Positions 27,024-40,704 are shown, counted from the first letter of the stretch. The stretch is 64,000 nt of DNA from Eledone cirrhosa (GCA_964016885.1 OZ024745.1:105710001-105774000); one strand, 5' to 3'. Program-made: numbers and translations. The notes: generated by a model from the letters alone, not told the origin.

Positions 27024-27433
27024 ATGTGCGTGTGGTGAGTAATTTCGGAAGCGTAATTTGCCGCTTTAAATAAGCATGGGTAAAATATATAAAAATGTAA
27101 GCAAAAAATGTATTTCACTGAAGTAATACATAAAATTGCTCAAATTAAAATAATGCAAATTTATTAAAGGAAGTAATGACTGTGGTAAACGATTAGAAGT
27201 TTAAAAGTGGAGTAGGTTTACATGTTCTCTATTCAAAGAATGAGGGATGAAATAGAGAACATTACTTCGTACAAACGCTATATGTTCTAACATTAGCAAA
27301 AATATATGAAACAGTTTGCGTTTATGTTTTTCTCACTCCCTCATGCATTCTTTCTTAGGAAAACATTTTCTTTTTCTAAAAAAAAATTTTTCTCCGTTCC
27401 TTCTTTCTATTTCACCTTTTATTTCTTATTCAA

Positions 27434-27469
27434 TCTTTTGATGAAGGACTAGTGTCCGAAACTTTAAGA
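27434..27469 (+). ncRNA. Degenerate minimal hammerhead motif
   Basis: tctt ttgatga aggac tagt gtcc gaaa cttt aaga. Core C3 is changed to U and the stem III palindrome is broken. Confidence 0.4.
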
Positions 27470-27573
27470 CTCTTTTCATACTATATTGTTTTGATATTTC
27501 TTTTTAATATTTGCATTTTGCATATATATATATATATCGGAATACATAAAACAACAAACGACATCGGAGGAGT

Positions 27574-27664
<91 letters not shown>

Positions 27665-28009
27665 TGGTAAGACGCAGGGAATTGACTATGACAACATTTC
27701 GAGAACCCACAATACTACAGTATGGTGGGTATAAAGTATATTAGAACCATAGACATTTCTTGAGATTTCTTGAATGCTTGCAAGAGGCTGAGCTTTATTA
27801 AAAGCTCTTAAGTTTGATGTTGTGGTATTATATAGTTGGTATCAACTAATTTAGATAGATAACAACAGCCGATTAAATAAAAACCAGTGCTAGACAGGCC
27901 GACCCTTCTATCGGTCTTACATACCTATTTCATGATTATCATACTTCATCAGTAATGCCTACTTACTACGGGTATTGAAGTTTCTGTAGATAAAATCGCA
28001 ACTAATTTC

Positions 28010-28130
28010 TACAGTTGAGTAAACTGGAGCAACGTGAAATATAGTGTCTTGCTCAAGGACATCACCTGCTCATGGACAACGCATCACCTGGTCCAAGAAA
28101 CGAACTCACAACCTCCTGATTGCAAGCCCA
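28010..28130 (-). mobile_element. CORE-like SINE fragment (also about 34600-34730 and 53350-53465)
   Basis: Reverse complement of GTCCTTGAGCAAGACACT..TTTCACGTTGCTCCAGT with a degenerate tRNA B-box. Confidence 0.6.
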
Positions 28131-28132
28131 CT

Positions 28133-28162
<30 letters not shown>

Positions 28163-28166
<4 letters not shown>

Positions 28167-28865
28167 ATGAAACACAGATACCAACACATCTGTATATATA
28201 TTGCAAAAGAAAACTTTTCTTTTGCAATATATATACAGATGTGTTGGTATCTGTGTTTCATCACATACATATTAATTTATACACTGCTCAGGGGGTATTT
28301 TCCTCCTTCGAGCTGATTCCATTGTAAAAGAATTCATTACCTTATTAATTTTAACTGCTCCTAGTTTGAGCTGCAAGCCGCCTCATATATACGACTGTTA
28401 TTTCTAGCAGTACGGTTATGAGACTAGTTAGATACTGTAAAACCATGTGCGTCACGCAGTCTTTTAAATTATTTAGAAGTGAAGCATATCAATTTGTCTC
28501 TGGATGTTTACTGAGGAGAGCAGGACATGATATTCCTACACTTATTTAACTCGAAACATATTTGGATCTTAAAGTTTAAACTTATCTACGGAACAGGTTT
28601 GATTTTGACATTTAAATGTGTCTAAACATCACGGCCTCTTGGCAATACAGTTCGTCTTCGTTGATTTATTATTTTAAATCGATATGGACAAACTGTAGTA
28701 TAATAATTAGTATACTTCAATCTGGCTAAACTTTTCTTTTGCAATATATATACAGATGTGTTGGTATCTGTGTTTCATCACATACATATTAATTTATACA
28801 CTGCTCAGGGGGTATTTTCCTCCTTCGAGCTGATTCCATTGTAAAAGAATTCATTACCTTATTAA

Positions 28866-28868
<3 letters not shown>
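28163..28868 (+). mobile_element. Non-coding element: inverted head + 517-bp unit + partial tandem copy
   Basis: 28211-28349 is repeated at 28728-28866. 28163-28213 is inverted. Flanked by microsatellite. Confidence 0.8.
28503..28630 (+). ncRNA. Type I hammerhead ribozyme with long true stem III and GUC cleavage triplet
   Basis: GAUGUUUA-CUGAGGA-GAG...CUC-GAAA-CAUAUUUGGA...UUUAAAUGUG-UC-UAAACAUC. Perfect 8-bp stem I. Confidence 0.75.
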
Positions 28869-28942
<74 letters not shown>

Positions 28943-29095
28943 ATATATATGTATATGTATGTATACATATGTATGTATATATATATGTATATGTATGTAT
29001 ACATATGTATGTATATATATATGTATATGTATGTATACATATATATGTATGTATGTATATATATATGTATCTGTATGTATATATATATGTATATA

Positions 29096-29145
<50 letters not shown>

Positions 29146-29146
29146 A

Positions 29147-29343
<197 letters not shown>

Positions 29344-29368
29344 CATATTCCTTTCTGTCTTTCTCTCA

Positions 29369-29554
29369 GGTGGATTGGCAGTATCGGTAGAGGGTCGGAC
29401 GCCATGCTTTCCATTTCCAGCATAGTTACGTCCGTTTACCATCTGAGTTCAAATCCCGCTGAGGTTGACTTTGCCTTTTATCCTTACGGGGTCGATAAAA
29501 TAAAGTACCGGTAATGCACTGGGTAATTGCTGGCCTTGTGCCTAAATAGAAACA
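29369..29554 (+). mobile_element. tRNA-derived SINE with Meta-domain-like core
   Basis: B-box GAGTTCAAATCC and core GCCTTT(C/T)ATCCTTACGGGGTCGATAAAATAAAGTACC. Other partial or diverged copies at about 19281, 21375, 38202, 41910, 42050, 44565, 47965 and 59860. Confidence 0.8.
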
Positions 29555-29910
29555 TTTATGTCTGTAAGGTAGATTCTGCCTCACGTTGTATGTATTCAAT
29601 CATACAGTCATGATTTCTCAAGACTAAATTTAGCTTCGATGAAGATCATATAGAATTACGCGATGAAAATATAATTGAACACATTTTAATGTGAATTCAT
29701 GCTATACATAAATGTTGAAACATCAACACGTATATGCACTCGCACGTACACACGAACAGACGTACAACTCTATTGACGCTGATTATGTTAAATTGTAAAA
29801 CATTTACCTTTGCATTAATATCGTACCATTATACGTACATGTTCCCACATTTACACCCCCTGTCTCTATCTCATTTTACATCTTTCTCTCTGTATACACT
29901 TGCACACAGT

Positions 29911-30000
<90 letters not shown>

Positions 30001-30023
30001 TCTGTGTATGTATGTATGTATGT

Positions 30024-30514
30024 TTATCTCTTTCTCTTAATTTCGAGTACATTTTTTTTGACCGGCCACCTTCCTGGTGGCAAGGTTGTAAAAGAAAAGA
30101 AATTGTCATCCCTTGAATCGCAAGAATGTTTTGCAAATTTTGAAGGTGCCAGCTATCGCAGCCATTTGTAGACTATGAATTAGGGAGCTGCGCTTTTTGT
30201 CCGCAAATCCAAGTTCAGTCATACTTTGGTCCAAGCGGGTTGGTATATAACCCGTAGCTCTAATAATGATGGGTATGAATCTAAAGGTGTATCTTGGATA
30301 CTGGATTTGTAAACTCCCCATCAATGGTCCGTAGATGTCCTCCTTCTCCTGTATTTTTCTGACAACGTTTACATCAAGTGGGCAGCTGATCTCCACAACA
30401 GAACACGTTTTCAATGTGTGGTCCCAAACAACAATATCAGGCCGATTGTGCTTTAATTTGGTGGCAGTTTTTATTTTCAGGTTCCACCAGTATTCCTTAG
30501 TGTCATCTGTCTCA
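30024..30514 (-). mobile_element. 5'-truncated R4/Dong-like non-LTR retrotransposon (restriction-like endonuclease C-terminus)
   Basis: Open frame ...YWWNLKIKTATKLKHNRPDIVVWD...VVEISCPLD..KEDIYGPL...IPIIIRATG...KICKTFL* (PD-D/E RLE motif), short 3' UTR, (CATA)n on both sides. Confidence 0.8.
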
Positions 30515-30649
30515 ATGTATGTATGTATGTATGTATGTATGTATGTATGTATGTATGTATGTATGTATGTATGTATGTATGTATGTATGTATGTATGCAT
30601 GTATGCATGTATGCATGTATGTATGTATGCATGTATCTATGTATGTATC

Positions 30650-31225
30650 TATCCCAGTACAACCTGTCTCATGGTCGGGTCGTTGGCGACTAAACTGGCA
30701 GCCCCACCAAGGTTTCTTGGTGAGGAGGGTGACTTTGGACATCCTGCAGGACTAAAAACAAAACCTGTCAAAGGGCAAAGGAGCTCTTAAGAGTCAATGG
30801 CCATCCAAAATCACCGGGAGAGATGACCCCTTAGCCTTTGTCAAGGCAGAATTCTAGGAGAAGGAAAACTCTGATATAACACCTGCAACCCTGATGGTAT
30901 CCAAGGATGTTGACTTGTTCTTCTTTTTGGTAAATATCATCTTGGTTAAGAGAGTGGGACTGGCTTTGTGCAGTGCCTTTGCTCACTATAAAAGTTTCAT
31001 GGCACAGGCATTGCTTTATATCTGGAGATCTCTCTGCACTTGTCGTCACATGGTACCATGGGCCCAGCACTATGTATCAATAATTGTCACAAGTGTAGTG
31101 TTTGTACCAGAGTTTTCAAGTCGCTGGCTGGACTAAAAAGTCACACTCGTTCAGTGCATCGGTAGGGGTTCTCCTACATGGATATAAAGTAGTGACCGTA
31201 CTCGAAAACGAGTTGGCAGCCACCA
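30650..31225 (-). mobile_element. ~580-bp element, copy 3
   Basis: Reverse complement of 5811-6390, in a (TATG)n tract. Confidence 0.8.
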
Positions 31226-31704
31226 TGTATGTATGTATAAATTCACACACACTTGAGAAGCACCGGGGATTCGACACTTCGTTTCCTTCGAATTTTGAGT
31301 GAGAGTATTAACGACCAAACTAAAGCGTCTATTCTCAGCTATTATAGTCATTGAACATTGTTATGACCGTTTTCCTTGGGACGCACATATTTTATATTTC
31401 AAATACTCACAATGATTCTTAAGTCTTTCTTTACACTTCTAGCTGCAGGCTTAATAACTGATAAAAAAAAGTTGGTGGCTTGAGGTTGTTTAGTACAGTA
31501 GTTAATGAACTCATTCGGCATCCAAGAGATGCGTTGTTCGATCCCTCGCATGCGCCACGTTCTATTTTTTCAGTCCCCAGGGTTGCTGTAGCTGATTTTG
31601 CAAGTATTTATAATGATTGATTATTGGTATAGCCATCTGTGTTGGCACGCATACATTTGATACACACACACACACTCTTCCACATACTCACACACACACA
31701 AACG

Positions 31705-31764
<60 letters not shown>

Positions 31765-32837
31765 AATGTTGGAACCCCAAACACATAAAATAACTGTAAC
31801 AACACTCGACCACTATAAATAATTGCTTACAAAATCGGGTAAAACGCCTCTAGAAAAGGAAACAAATGGTTAACACTACAAACTTGCGTACATGGGTACA
31901 CTTTAGTTGTGGTTATTTATTCCTCTGTTCAACGGTATTCCAGCCATAAATGTATCAGGTTTTTTTTTTTCTAAATGAATTTAGGATATCACAGACCTGC
32001 CAATCTCTAAAAACTCAGACAGGAAGTACCATGAAGAAAAGTGCCCCAAAATGATGAGAAACGAGGCAAAATGAGGAGAACTTTACATAGTGAAAGCTAT
32101 ACTCATTTTCACAAGAGAAGACATCTCTAATCTACCCCCAAAGTGGGTGGGAGATCTCCCCGGCGGACGGGGAGAGTTGACAGGTCTGATATCATCCAAG
32201 TTGTCCTTTAAAAATGACAGCATATCGTTATTTGAGGAGGTTTGGCTGCTATTTCTAAAATGTGCATTGACTATCGTTGAGACTTCTTCGTTATAGTGTT
32301 AGTTAATGGGCGAAGGCTAAACTAATTAGGCTTTAGTAAAGTGGACGAAGACTAACTAATCAGTCTTGTAGTGAGCCAAGACATGTTATCTTGGCTTACT
32401 ACATCATATATGTTGGCGCCAGTTTTACTATTTGTTTTTCATACAGCAGGCATTCTTATGTTCTTCTCTTCACCACACCAGTCATTCTACTAATTAGGCC
32501 TTATAGTATTAGTTGCAATTTAATTGACGTCTTAGTTAGTAATTAATTACTTAAAACCATTCTGTTTTAGTTTCTCACATTAACTAGCTTGTTTTCACTG
32601 CCTATTTATCGTTTCTATACCAGTCAACTACTGACATATATTGCTGACACACATTGGTTTGAATGCTTTGTGGCAAATGCAACGATTCTCTGCGTTCCGA
32701 GATCAAATATCCATTGAGGTGAAATTTGCTTTTCATATTTTCGTGGTCAATACATAAAGAACCATTTTTACGGGGGTGAATTATTGTTCTCTTACCACCT
32801 ATCTTTCGCCTTCCTCTCTCTGACATTTCTCTTTTTA

Positions 32838-32934
<97 letters not shown>

Positions 32935-33855
32935 GTGTATCTATCTATCTATCTCTATCTCTCTTGAGTGAATTGACTCTGTTAAAACCCGAAGAGGCGA
33001 TGAGAAACCCTTCATCTCTATCGAGAAACAGAAGACTAAAAAAGATGAACGAAGTACTATTTTACATCTACTTCCGTTTTTCGACTCTCAAAGAAGGAAA
33101 GGTCTAGTCCACCTAGGTGGAATGATTTGTCAATCAAATCTCCACTTTAGACAGGGTATCGTAAATTTACAAATGCTGCGGGAGTCGTGACCCATAGTCC
33201 ATTTTATCGATTTTATCATTTGATAGGCATCGATCTACCGGCTTGATGGAAAGCAAATTAAACCCCCTCCACTAAATGTAGACGCAAAAACCAAAGCAAT
33301 GTGAATGAACACCGTAAAGCAGTTTGCTCTACCATTCTAAACACTTTCATTTACGCTGCCCGCTCTTCTACTTATTTCCTGCATTTGGCACCTGGTAAAC
33401 ACATTTATAGGAGAAGCTGACAGGTACAAAGGATTATCAATGTTGTTTTTATATCCCGGATAAATATGATCCTCATATCTACGATGAAAGTCGTTTCAGC
33501 CGTGACCACTCTATCAGGAACTAACTACATTAATAAATGTGCATTTCCCTTTAAGTTCTAAGGGGCTATTTGAGGAAATGTTCATGGATATTTATAGCGT
33601 GCTGAGCGACCAGAAACATCTCTGTTTTTACTAGTACATATTTTATCGATTTCTGGAAGGATGAAAAGCAAGTAAAAACTAACAGCTGAATATCGACAAT
33701 ATCGTTTCAACCGGTGCTCTACCGATTATGATATATATCTCTCTCTTTCTTTGTTTGTTTGTTTCTTTCTTTCTATCTTTCTTTCCTTCTTTCTCCATCT
33801 CTCATTTACTTTGTCTTTCTCTATATATATCCATACATACATATATATTTATACG

Positions 33856-34410
<555 letters not shown>

Positions 34411-34891
34411 CACACACATATATATATATATACGTATAAATATATATTTGCGTGTGTGTGTATGTATACAGCACAAGACCTGGCAAGATGTTTATGCAGT
34501 GCGCCATGCATAAACATTTCCCATCTCCAGCTAATAATATTTCCAAAGGAAAGGCAATGGTTTATACAGATTGGTACCAGTGGGATTGCAACTCATTTCT
34601 CTAGCTGAGTGAACTGTAGTGACGCGAAATAAAGTGTCTTGCTCAAGGACACAACATATCGACCGTTCTTGGAATAGAAGTCACAACCATATGGTTGTGA
34701 ATCCAACTCTTTAATCACTAACTCGCACACCTTTAATTATATGTATATATATATATATTAAGGCCAGTTACTATAACGGCGCCATACCAGGTACGTACGT
34801 TTCGTTAGACCCGAGGAAAAAAATTGATTAACCAGTCCCGATGAAAATGAACCGGAAAAATTCGTAGTAACTGGCTTTAATAGTCATATTC

Positions 34892-34931
<40 letters not shown>

Positions 34932-34939
34932 CATATATA

Positions 34940-34985
<46 letters not shown>

Positions 34986-35001
34986 CATATATATGCATAT
35001 A

Positions 35002-35035
<34 letters not shown>

Positions 35036-35080
35036 CATATATATATACATATATATATATATGCATATATATATATATAT

Positions 35081-35252
35081 GAGATTCTACAGGACTAGAA
35101 CTGTTTCATTCTTTAGAAATCATTTCTGATGATTTCTAAAGAATGAAACAGTTCTAGTCCTGTAGAATCTCATCTATATTAACACTTTTATACTCTGCAA
35201 TGTATTGAGTACCTTACTTACTGTGGTTACCTCCGATTCAACCCGGAATAAC

Positions 35253-35253
<1 letters not shown>
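35081..35253 (+). mobile_element. Fold-back element with 5'-truncated HHR core
   Basis: Palindrome 35081-35171 containing ctgatga tttctaaagaat gaaa cagttc. Relative at 58011-58166. Confidence 0.65.
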
Positions 35254-35316
<63 letters not shown>

Positions 35317-35472
35317 TTAGGTTTGTTGGTTCACCACTGGATAGAGTTGGTCATTCCGTATGGTCAATCTTGGTGTAATATTGTGAAGAGTACTCAACGT
35401 AGTGCAGTTCACCCGTCTTCGTTTGTGTAGTTGGTGTTGCAAATACGGAGTTAATTATAAATAAAATAACAG

Positions 35473-36273
35473 GAGGGTGGACTGGTGTAAATCCTTGAAA
35501 GGTTTATTATACTATGATCATTTCAATGTCCGGGTTCAGTATGAATCCGGTGATACCACTCGAAACTGGCTGACTCGTGGTTGGCGGGTGCTGGCTGGGA
35601 CTGACAATCGAAATATTTACTCTATATCCCATCCTGATATCTTATGGAGATACTTTTTTTTATATAAGACTCTCTCTGCAAATTCATTAAATAAATCTCG
35701 CTACCTTAACCTTTAATTTTCTAATAATTTATTTTTCAATTTATCATTTTGCAATTTAATATTTTTTAATTTAATTTAATTTCATACTATAACTCGTAAC
35801 ATAAGTTTAACGTTCCAATTTTCGGTTCACACATTAGACCATACATACACCCATTATATATGCCTTTGCTAAATATAGCTTTATTGGAGTAGCATTTTTC
35901 GCGCGATTTTCTAGCATGAATGTAGTGTGACCCTTACGCTGACTTCTTTCTTTCTTCCTTCTTCCTTTCTTTCTTTCTTCCCCTTTTTCTTTGACGGAGA
36001 GGTGGTAGTGCATTATAAGCCTTCACCCCCTCACCAGATGGTCATTAGTAGATTCAGTTGCCATCACTTTGAGGGCGACTGGCCTAGGTGAAGGCAGCTA
36101 GTTGGTCAGTCGTCCTCTTTTTCTCTGTCTCTGATTTTTCGGACCCATGGTTTTTTACATATTCCTTTGTTATATTCCAATACCTGATGATATCACCGGA
36201 TTCATATGGAACCCGGTCATTGAAATGATCATAGTATAATAAACCTTTCAAGGATTTACACCAGTCCAGCCTC
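35473..36273 (+). mobile_element. PLE-like 3' fragment with inverted pseudo-LTR and HHR (36180-36237)
   Basis: 35473-35555 is inverted relative to 36191-36273. HHR: atac ctgatga tatcaccgga...cccggtcatt gaaa tgatca ta gtat. Confidence 0.75.
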
Positions 36274-37047
36274 TAACCTTCTCCTTACTCTGTCAACTAA
36301 CATACACCAGTGACATAACTTCCACATCTAACCTTCTCCTTACTCTGTCAACTAACATACACCACTGATATAACTTCCACATCTAACCTTCTCCTTACTC
36401 TGTCAACTAACATACACCAGTGATATAACTTCCACATCTAACCTTCTCCTTACTCTGTCAACTAACATACACCAGTGATATAACTTCCACATCTAACCTT
36501 CTCCTTACTCTGTCAACTAACATATACCAGTGATATAACTTCCACATCTAACCTTCTTACTCTGTCAACTAACATACACCAGTGATATAACTTCCACATC
36601 TAACCTTCTTACTCTGTCAACTAACATATACCAGTGATATAACTTCCACATCTAACCTTCTTACTCTGTCAACTAACATACACCAGTGATATAACTTCCA
36701 CATCTAACCTTCTCCTTACTCTGTCAACTAACATACACCAGTGATATAACTTCCACATCTAACCTTCTTACTCTGTCAACTAACATACACCAGTGATATA
36801 ACTTCCACATCTAACCTTCTTACTCTGTCAACTAACATACACCAGTGATATAACTTCCACATCTAACCTTCTTACTCTGTCAACTAACATATACCAGTGA
36901 TATAACTTCCACATCTAACCTTCTTACTCTGTCAACTAACATACACCAGTGATATAACTTCCACATCTAACCTTCTCCTTACTCTGTCAACTAACATACA
37001 CCAGTGATATAACTTCCACATCTAACCTTCTCCTTACTCTGTCAACT

Positions 37048-37052
<5 letters not shown>
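36273..37052. repeat. 55/52-bp minisatellite, about 14 copies
   Basis: CTAACCTTC(TCC)TTACTCTGTCAACTAACATACACCAGTGATATAACTTCCACAT is repeated. Confidence 0.95.
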
Positions 37053-37086
<34 letters not shown>

Positions 37087-37204
37087 AAGTAATATATATA
37101 TATATATTTTATTTTTCCTTTCCTTCTCCCTTCTCCAGCTTCACTTTCATATAGATTGCATTTTTGTTTTTATAATCCAAATTCAATAAACAAACCAGGA
37201 TTTT

Positions 37205-37262
37205 TTCATTCTGAGGATTGAAAGCAAAACCTTTTGCTTTTAAGAAACCACTGGTAAATGGA
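37205..37262 (+). ncRNA. Type I hammerhead motif in a microsatellite-flanked element (about 37110-37366)
   Basis: ttcatt ctgagga ttgaaagcaaaa cc ttttgcttttaa gaaa ccactgg ta aatgga. Confidence 0.75.
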
Positions 37263-37365
37263 ATAATTGCCTTATGTTGTTTATTACATAATAATAATAA
37301 TTAAGCTCTGTTGCCTACATAGAGCACTCTTTTTTCCTGGACTTTTCCGATGGAATTACTTCATT

Positions 37366-37416
<51 letters not shown>

Positions 37417-37465
37417 AAGTAATTAAGTCAAATATTTAAGATTTGGCTTCGTTTATTAAAGATGT

Positions 37466-37520
37466 ACTGCTATATATATTTCGGTGACAGCCATCATTGG
37501 CTGTGACCTCTTCAGGCAGT
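37466..37520 (-). ncRNA. Type I hammerhead motif (relative of the 9882/10809 family)
   Basis: ACUGC-CUGAAGA-GGUCACAGCCAAUGAUGGCUGUCACC-GAAA-UAUAUA-UA-GCAGU. Compensatory change in stem II versus 10809. Confidence 0.8.
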
Positions 37521-38056
37521 TCGAATTGGTGTGGTAGAGACAGGTACACATGTTGTTAAAGTGTTTTACCCCGTCAATACTCCGATATGTCCAGCTCCTG
37601 GTTGGATTTTTATTTCTCTGAGGAACTGGAATCATATGAATTCGAACAAACGAATTTCGGCATCATAGGACACTCACTCCTCCCATTGGTCAGTTGTGAG
37701 AACATTCCTCAGTCAGAAGTCTATAGAAATTTTTTTCTGAGGCAAGACAATCTGTTGTGGTTGTTTTTGTTAAGTACAGCTGACCTCCTCCCTTGTGCTT
37801 ATTGGTGTTAGGGCGTCAGCCGGCAGGCCAGCCTTAGTTCTACTGCTGCTGTCTTTAGAATTAGTGTGTATGGGTTGGCATCAATCCACCTTTTCACGTG
37901 GTGCTAGTGGGGGTGGGGGTGGTGGGGGAAACTGATAATGGAATCAGATAAACCAACCTCCGTACTTCGTCGAGTGCTCCAACCTGCATACTGAGGTGGC
38001 GGTAAACAACCAACATATACTCAAAATATATATATATATATGCATACATATATATA

Positions 38057-38137
<81 letters not shown>

Positions 38138-38842
38138 ATATATATGTATGTATATAATATATATATGTGATGAATTTATTTTATACATTTCAGATGATAT
38201 TACCTTTCATCCTTACGGGGCGGGGCGGTCGATAAAATAAAGTACCAGTAATGCACTGGGATAATTGCTGGCCTTGTGCCAAAAGTAGAAACAATTATTA
38301 TAAGTAAAAATATATATAAACTTCTCAGCTACGTATTTCTTTGTGAGTAAACCTTCTGATTTAAACCCCAAGCGCTTCAAGAATCGATTAATAGTGTTAA
38401 TCATTTTTTTCAATTTACGAGCAAATACGTACGTTTGGCAAGTTTGCATGTATAATATATCCATTGCGTAAGTTTCTTTACACATTTACAAAATTTCGTC
38501 TACCTCATTACTGTGTATATGTATATATAAACTTATTTTATATTTCGGTTGCTTACCGCACAACTTTACACACACGCGCATGTATATATACTTATGTCCA
38601 ATATAGATGTAACCATGGCTGTAAATGTTTACATGGACTGACACATTTTTAGTATATAGAAATATGAAAACATGCCAATGTTTTCATATTTCTATATCCT
38701 ATACTTCAGTTTCTTAGTGCACAACTTCTCTCTTACCCCCTCTTTCTCTTTCTCTCTCTCTCTAATATATATATATATAATGATATAAGTAAGTATTGCA
38801 GAAAGAAAAATATAAACGAGAGAGGAAATTAGCAATTCCTTT

Positions 38843-38954
38843 GCTTTAACATATGTTTCTGTATCTATTATAATTGTCTATACGTGATGACTACAATATA
38901 TATTATTCAATCATATGCAATACTTAATTATTTATCACACGGTCTTCAGAAAGC
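38843..38954 (-). ncRNA. Type I hammerhead motif with long stem II insertion
   Basis: GCUUU-CUGAAGA-(~83 nt)-GAAA-CAUAUG-UU-AAAGC, within a TA-flanked ~220-bp segment. Confidence 0.6.
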
Positions 38955-38997
38955 TTATAATTGTGGAAGTGACTATCCACTACGCGGTAGAATTCAG

Positions 38998-39059
<62 letters not shown>

Positions 39060-39487
39060 ATAATAATAAATGTGAAGACTAAAATCAAAAGAGGCCTCGA
39101 TATATACATATATATATCTATATTTATATAGATATATATATATATAGGTGTGTATTATATCTCCGCCTATCGAATTTCACTGACATCGGCGAACTCAAAT
39201 TTCTGTTAGGGGGTGTGCTTTCCCAACGCACGGAACTGTCTATGTTTTGGTATACAGCCATATCTAAAGCGGAAAAATACTTAAGATGTATCACCGAATA
39301 AGCAATACTTTAAAAATTTATGCGGTTGCCATGGCTGGAACGTTTTTGCTTAAAGGACTGCTAAGTTAGTGACGATATGCGGGCGAAATAATAAACAAGA
39401 ATAATAATTAAAACGTATTCTATCCATTAACTACAACTTCTTGTTGCTCATGATGTTGTTGTTCAAGTTATTGTTACTGTTGTTAAA

Positions 39488-39672
39488 ATAATTGTTTCTA
39501 CTTTTAGGCACAAGGCTAGCAATTACCCAGTACATTACTGGTACTTTATTTTATAGACCCCGTAAGGATGAAAGGCAAAGTCAACCTCGGCGGGATCTGA
39601 ACTCAGATCGTAAAGGGACGTAACTATGCTGGAAAGCATGGCGTCCGTCCCTCTACCGATACTGTCAATCCA
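39488..39672 (-). mobile_element. tRNA-derived SINE
   Basis: Reverse complement of the 29369/44275 family. Confidence 0.8.
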
Positions 39673-40119
39673 CTAAAATAATGTCCGTGTTCTTTGTACA
39701 TGTCATTTTCTAGCAACAGAATCTTAACACATCCACCACTTTCTATAAGTTGTCATGACTTTAAAGGGGACGACAACATCATAGATTATAGACTTCGAAA
39801 ATATTTTGATTTTGTTTATATTGCCCATATTGCTGTTGTAGACCTTACTTATACGGGTGGAGGGAATATTGGTGTTTCTTTCTTGTTTTTGACATCGGAG
39901 GCCTTGCTCTGTCAAAATTGGCTTCCAATTGTCAGATAAGGACATAAATCAATGAATAATATGTAAAATCAGGAAGTCATTAATACAAATAAAATATATT
40001 GCAGCAAGCACTCATATACATACTACATACATAGACAATCCCACGTAAATAAGTAAATAGAAACATAGTTTACATACATGCATATGAATACATACACCCT
40101 TACGTACATGTATGTATGT

Positions 40120-40162
<43 letters not shown>

Positions 40163-40524
40163 ACACACACACAGACACATATATATATATATATATATAT
40201 ATAGTAATAATAATAAATTTGAAAACTAAAATCCAAAGATGGCTCGATAAGGATAAATATATATCAAATATATAAGAACCGTAGAGCAAATATATATATA
40301 TTTATATGAATGTATTTAAAAGGGTTTGTGCGTACATACATACATACATATAGACATACATAACTACAAAACAAAAATGGGTCTAAAAAAATTAGTCGAT
40401 CACAATAAAATGAAACCTTTCTACATATTTGAAGGATAATCAATGTATATATGTATGTATTTGTGTGTATGCAATCAATCGTTAACCCAAATATCGTTCA
40501 CATGAACACACATATTTACTTGAA

Positions 40525-40569
<45 letters not shown>

Positions 40570-40704
40570 CATGTGTGTGTGTGTGTATATATTTAAAGAA
40601 GGAAAGAGAATAAGAATGAAAAAATAACGGGAAAAAGGAAGATAAATCGTGAAAGTGCAGGAGATGGAATTTTGAAATTGTGTTGTTTTGTTCTGTATAT
40701 GTGC

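Noticed and set aside
27920-27960. CUGAUGA...GAAA on minus
   Set aside because: No convincing stem I or stem III.
32130-32300. Minus-strand peptide HYNEEVSTIVNAHFRNSSQ as a possible exon
   Set aside because: Overlaps the common repeat motif AGAAATAGCAGCCAAA seen elsewhere in the window (e.g. about 18050, 47565, 60250).
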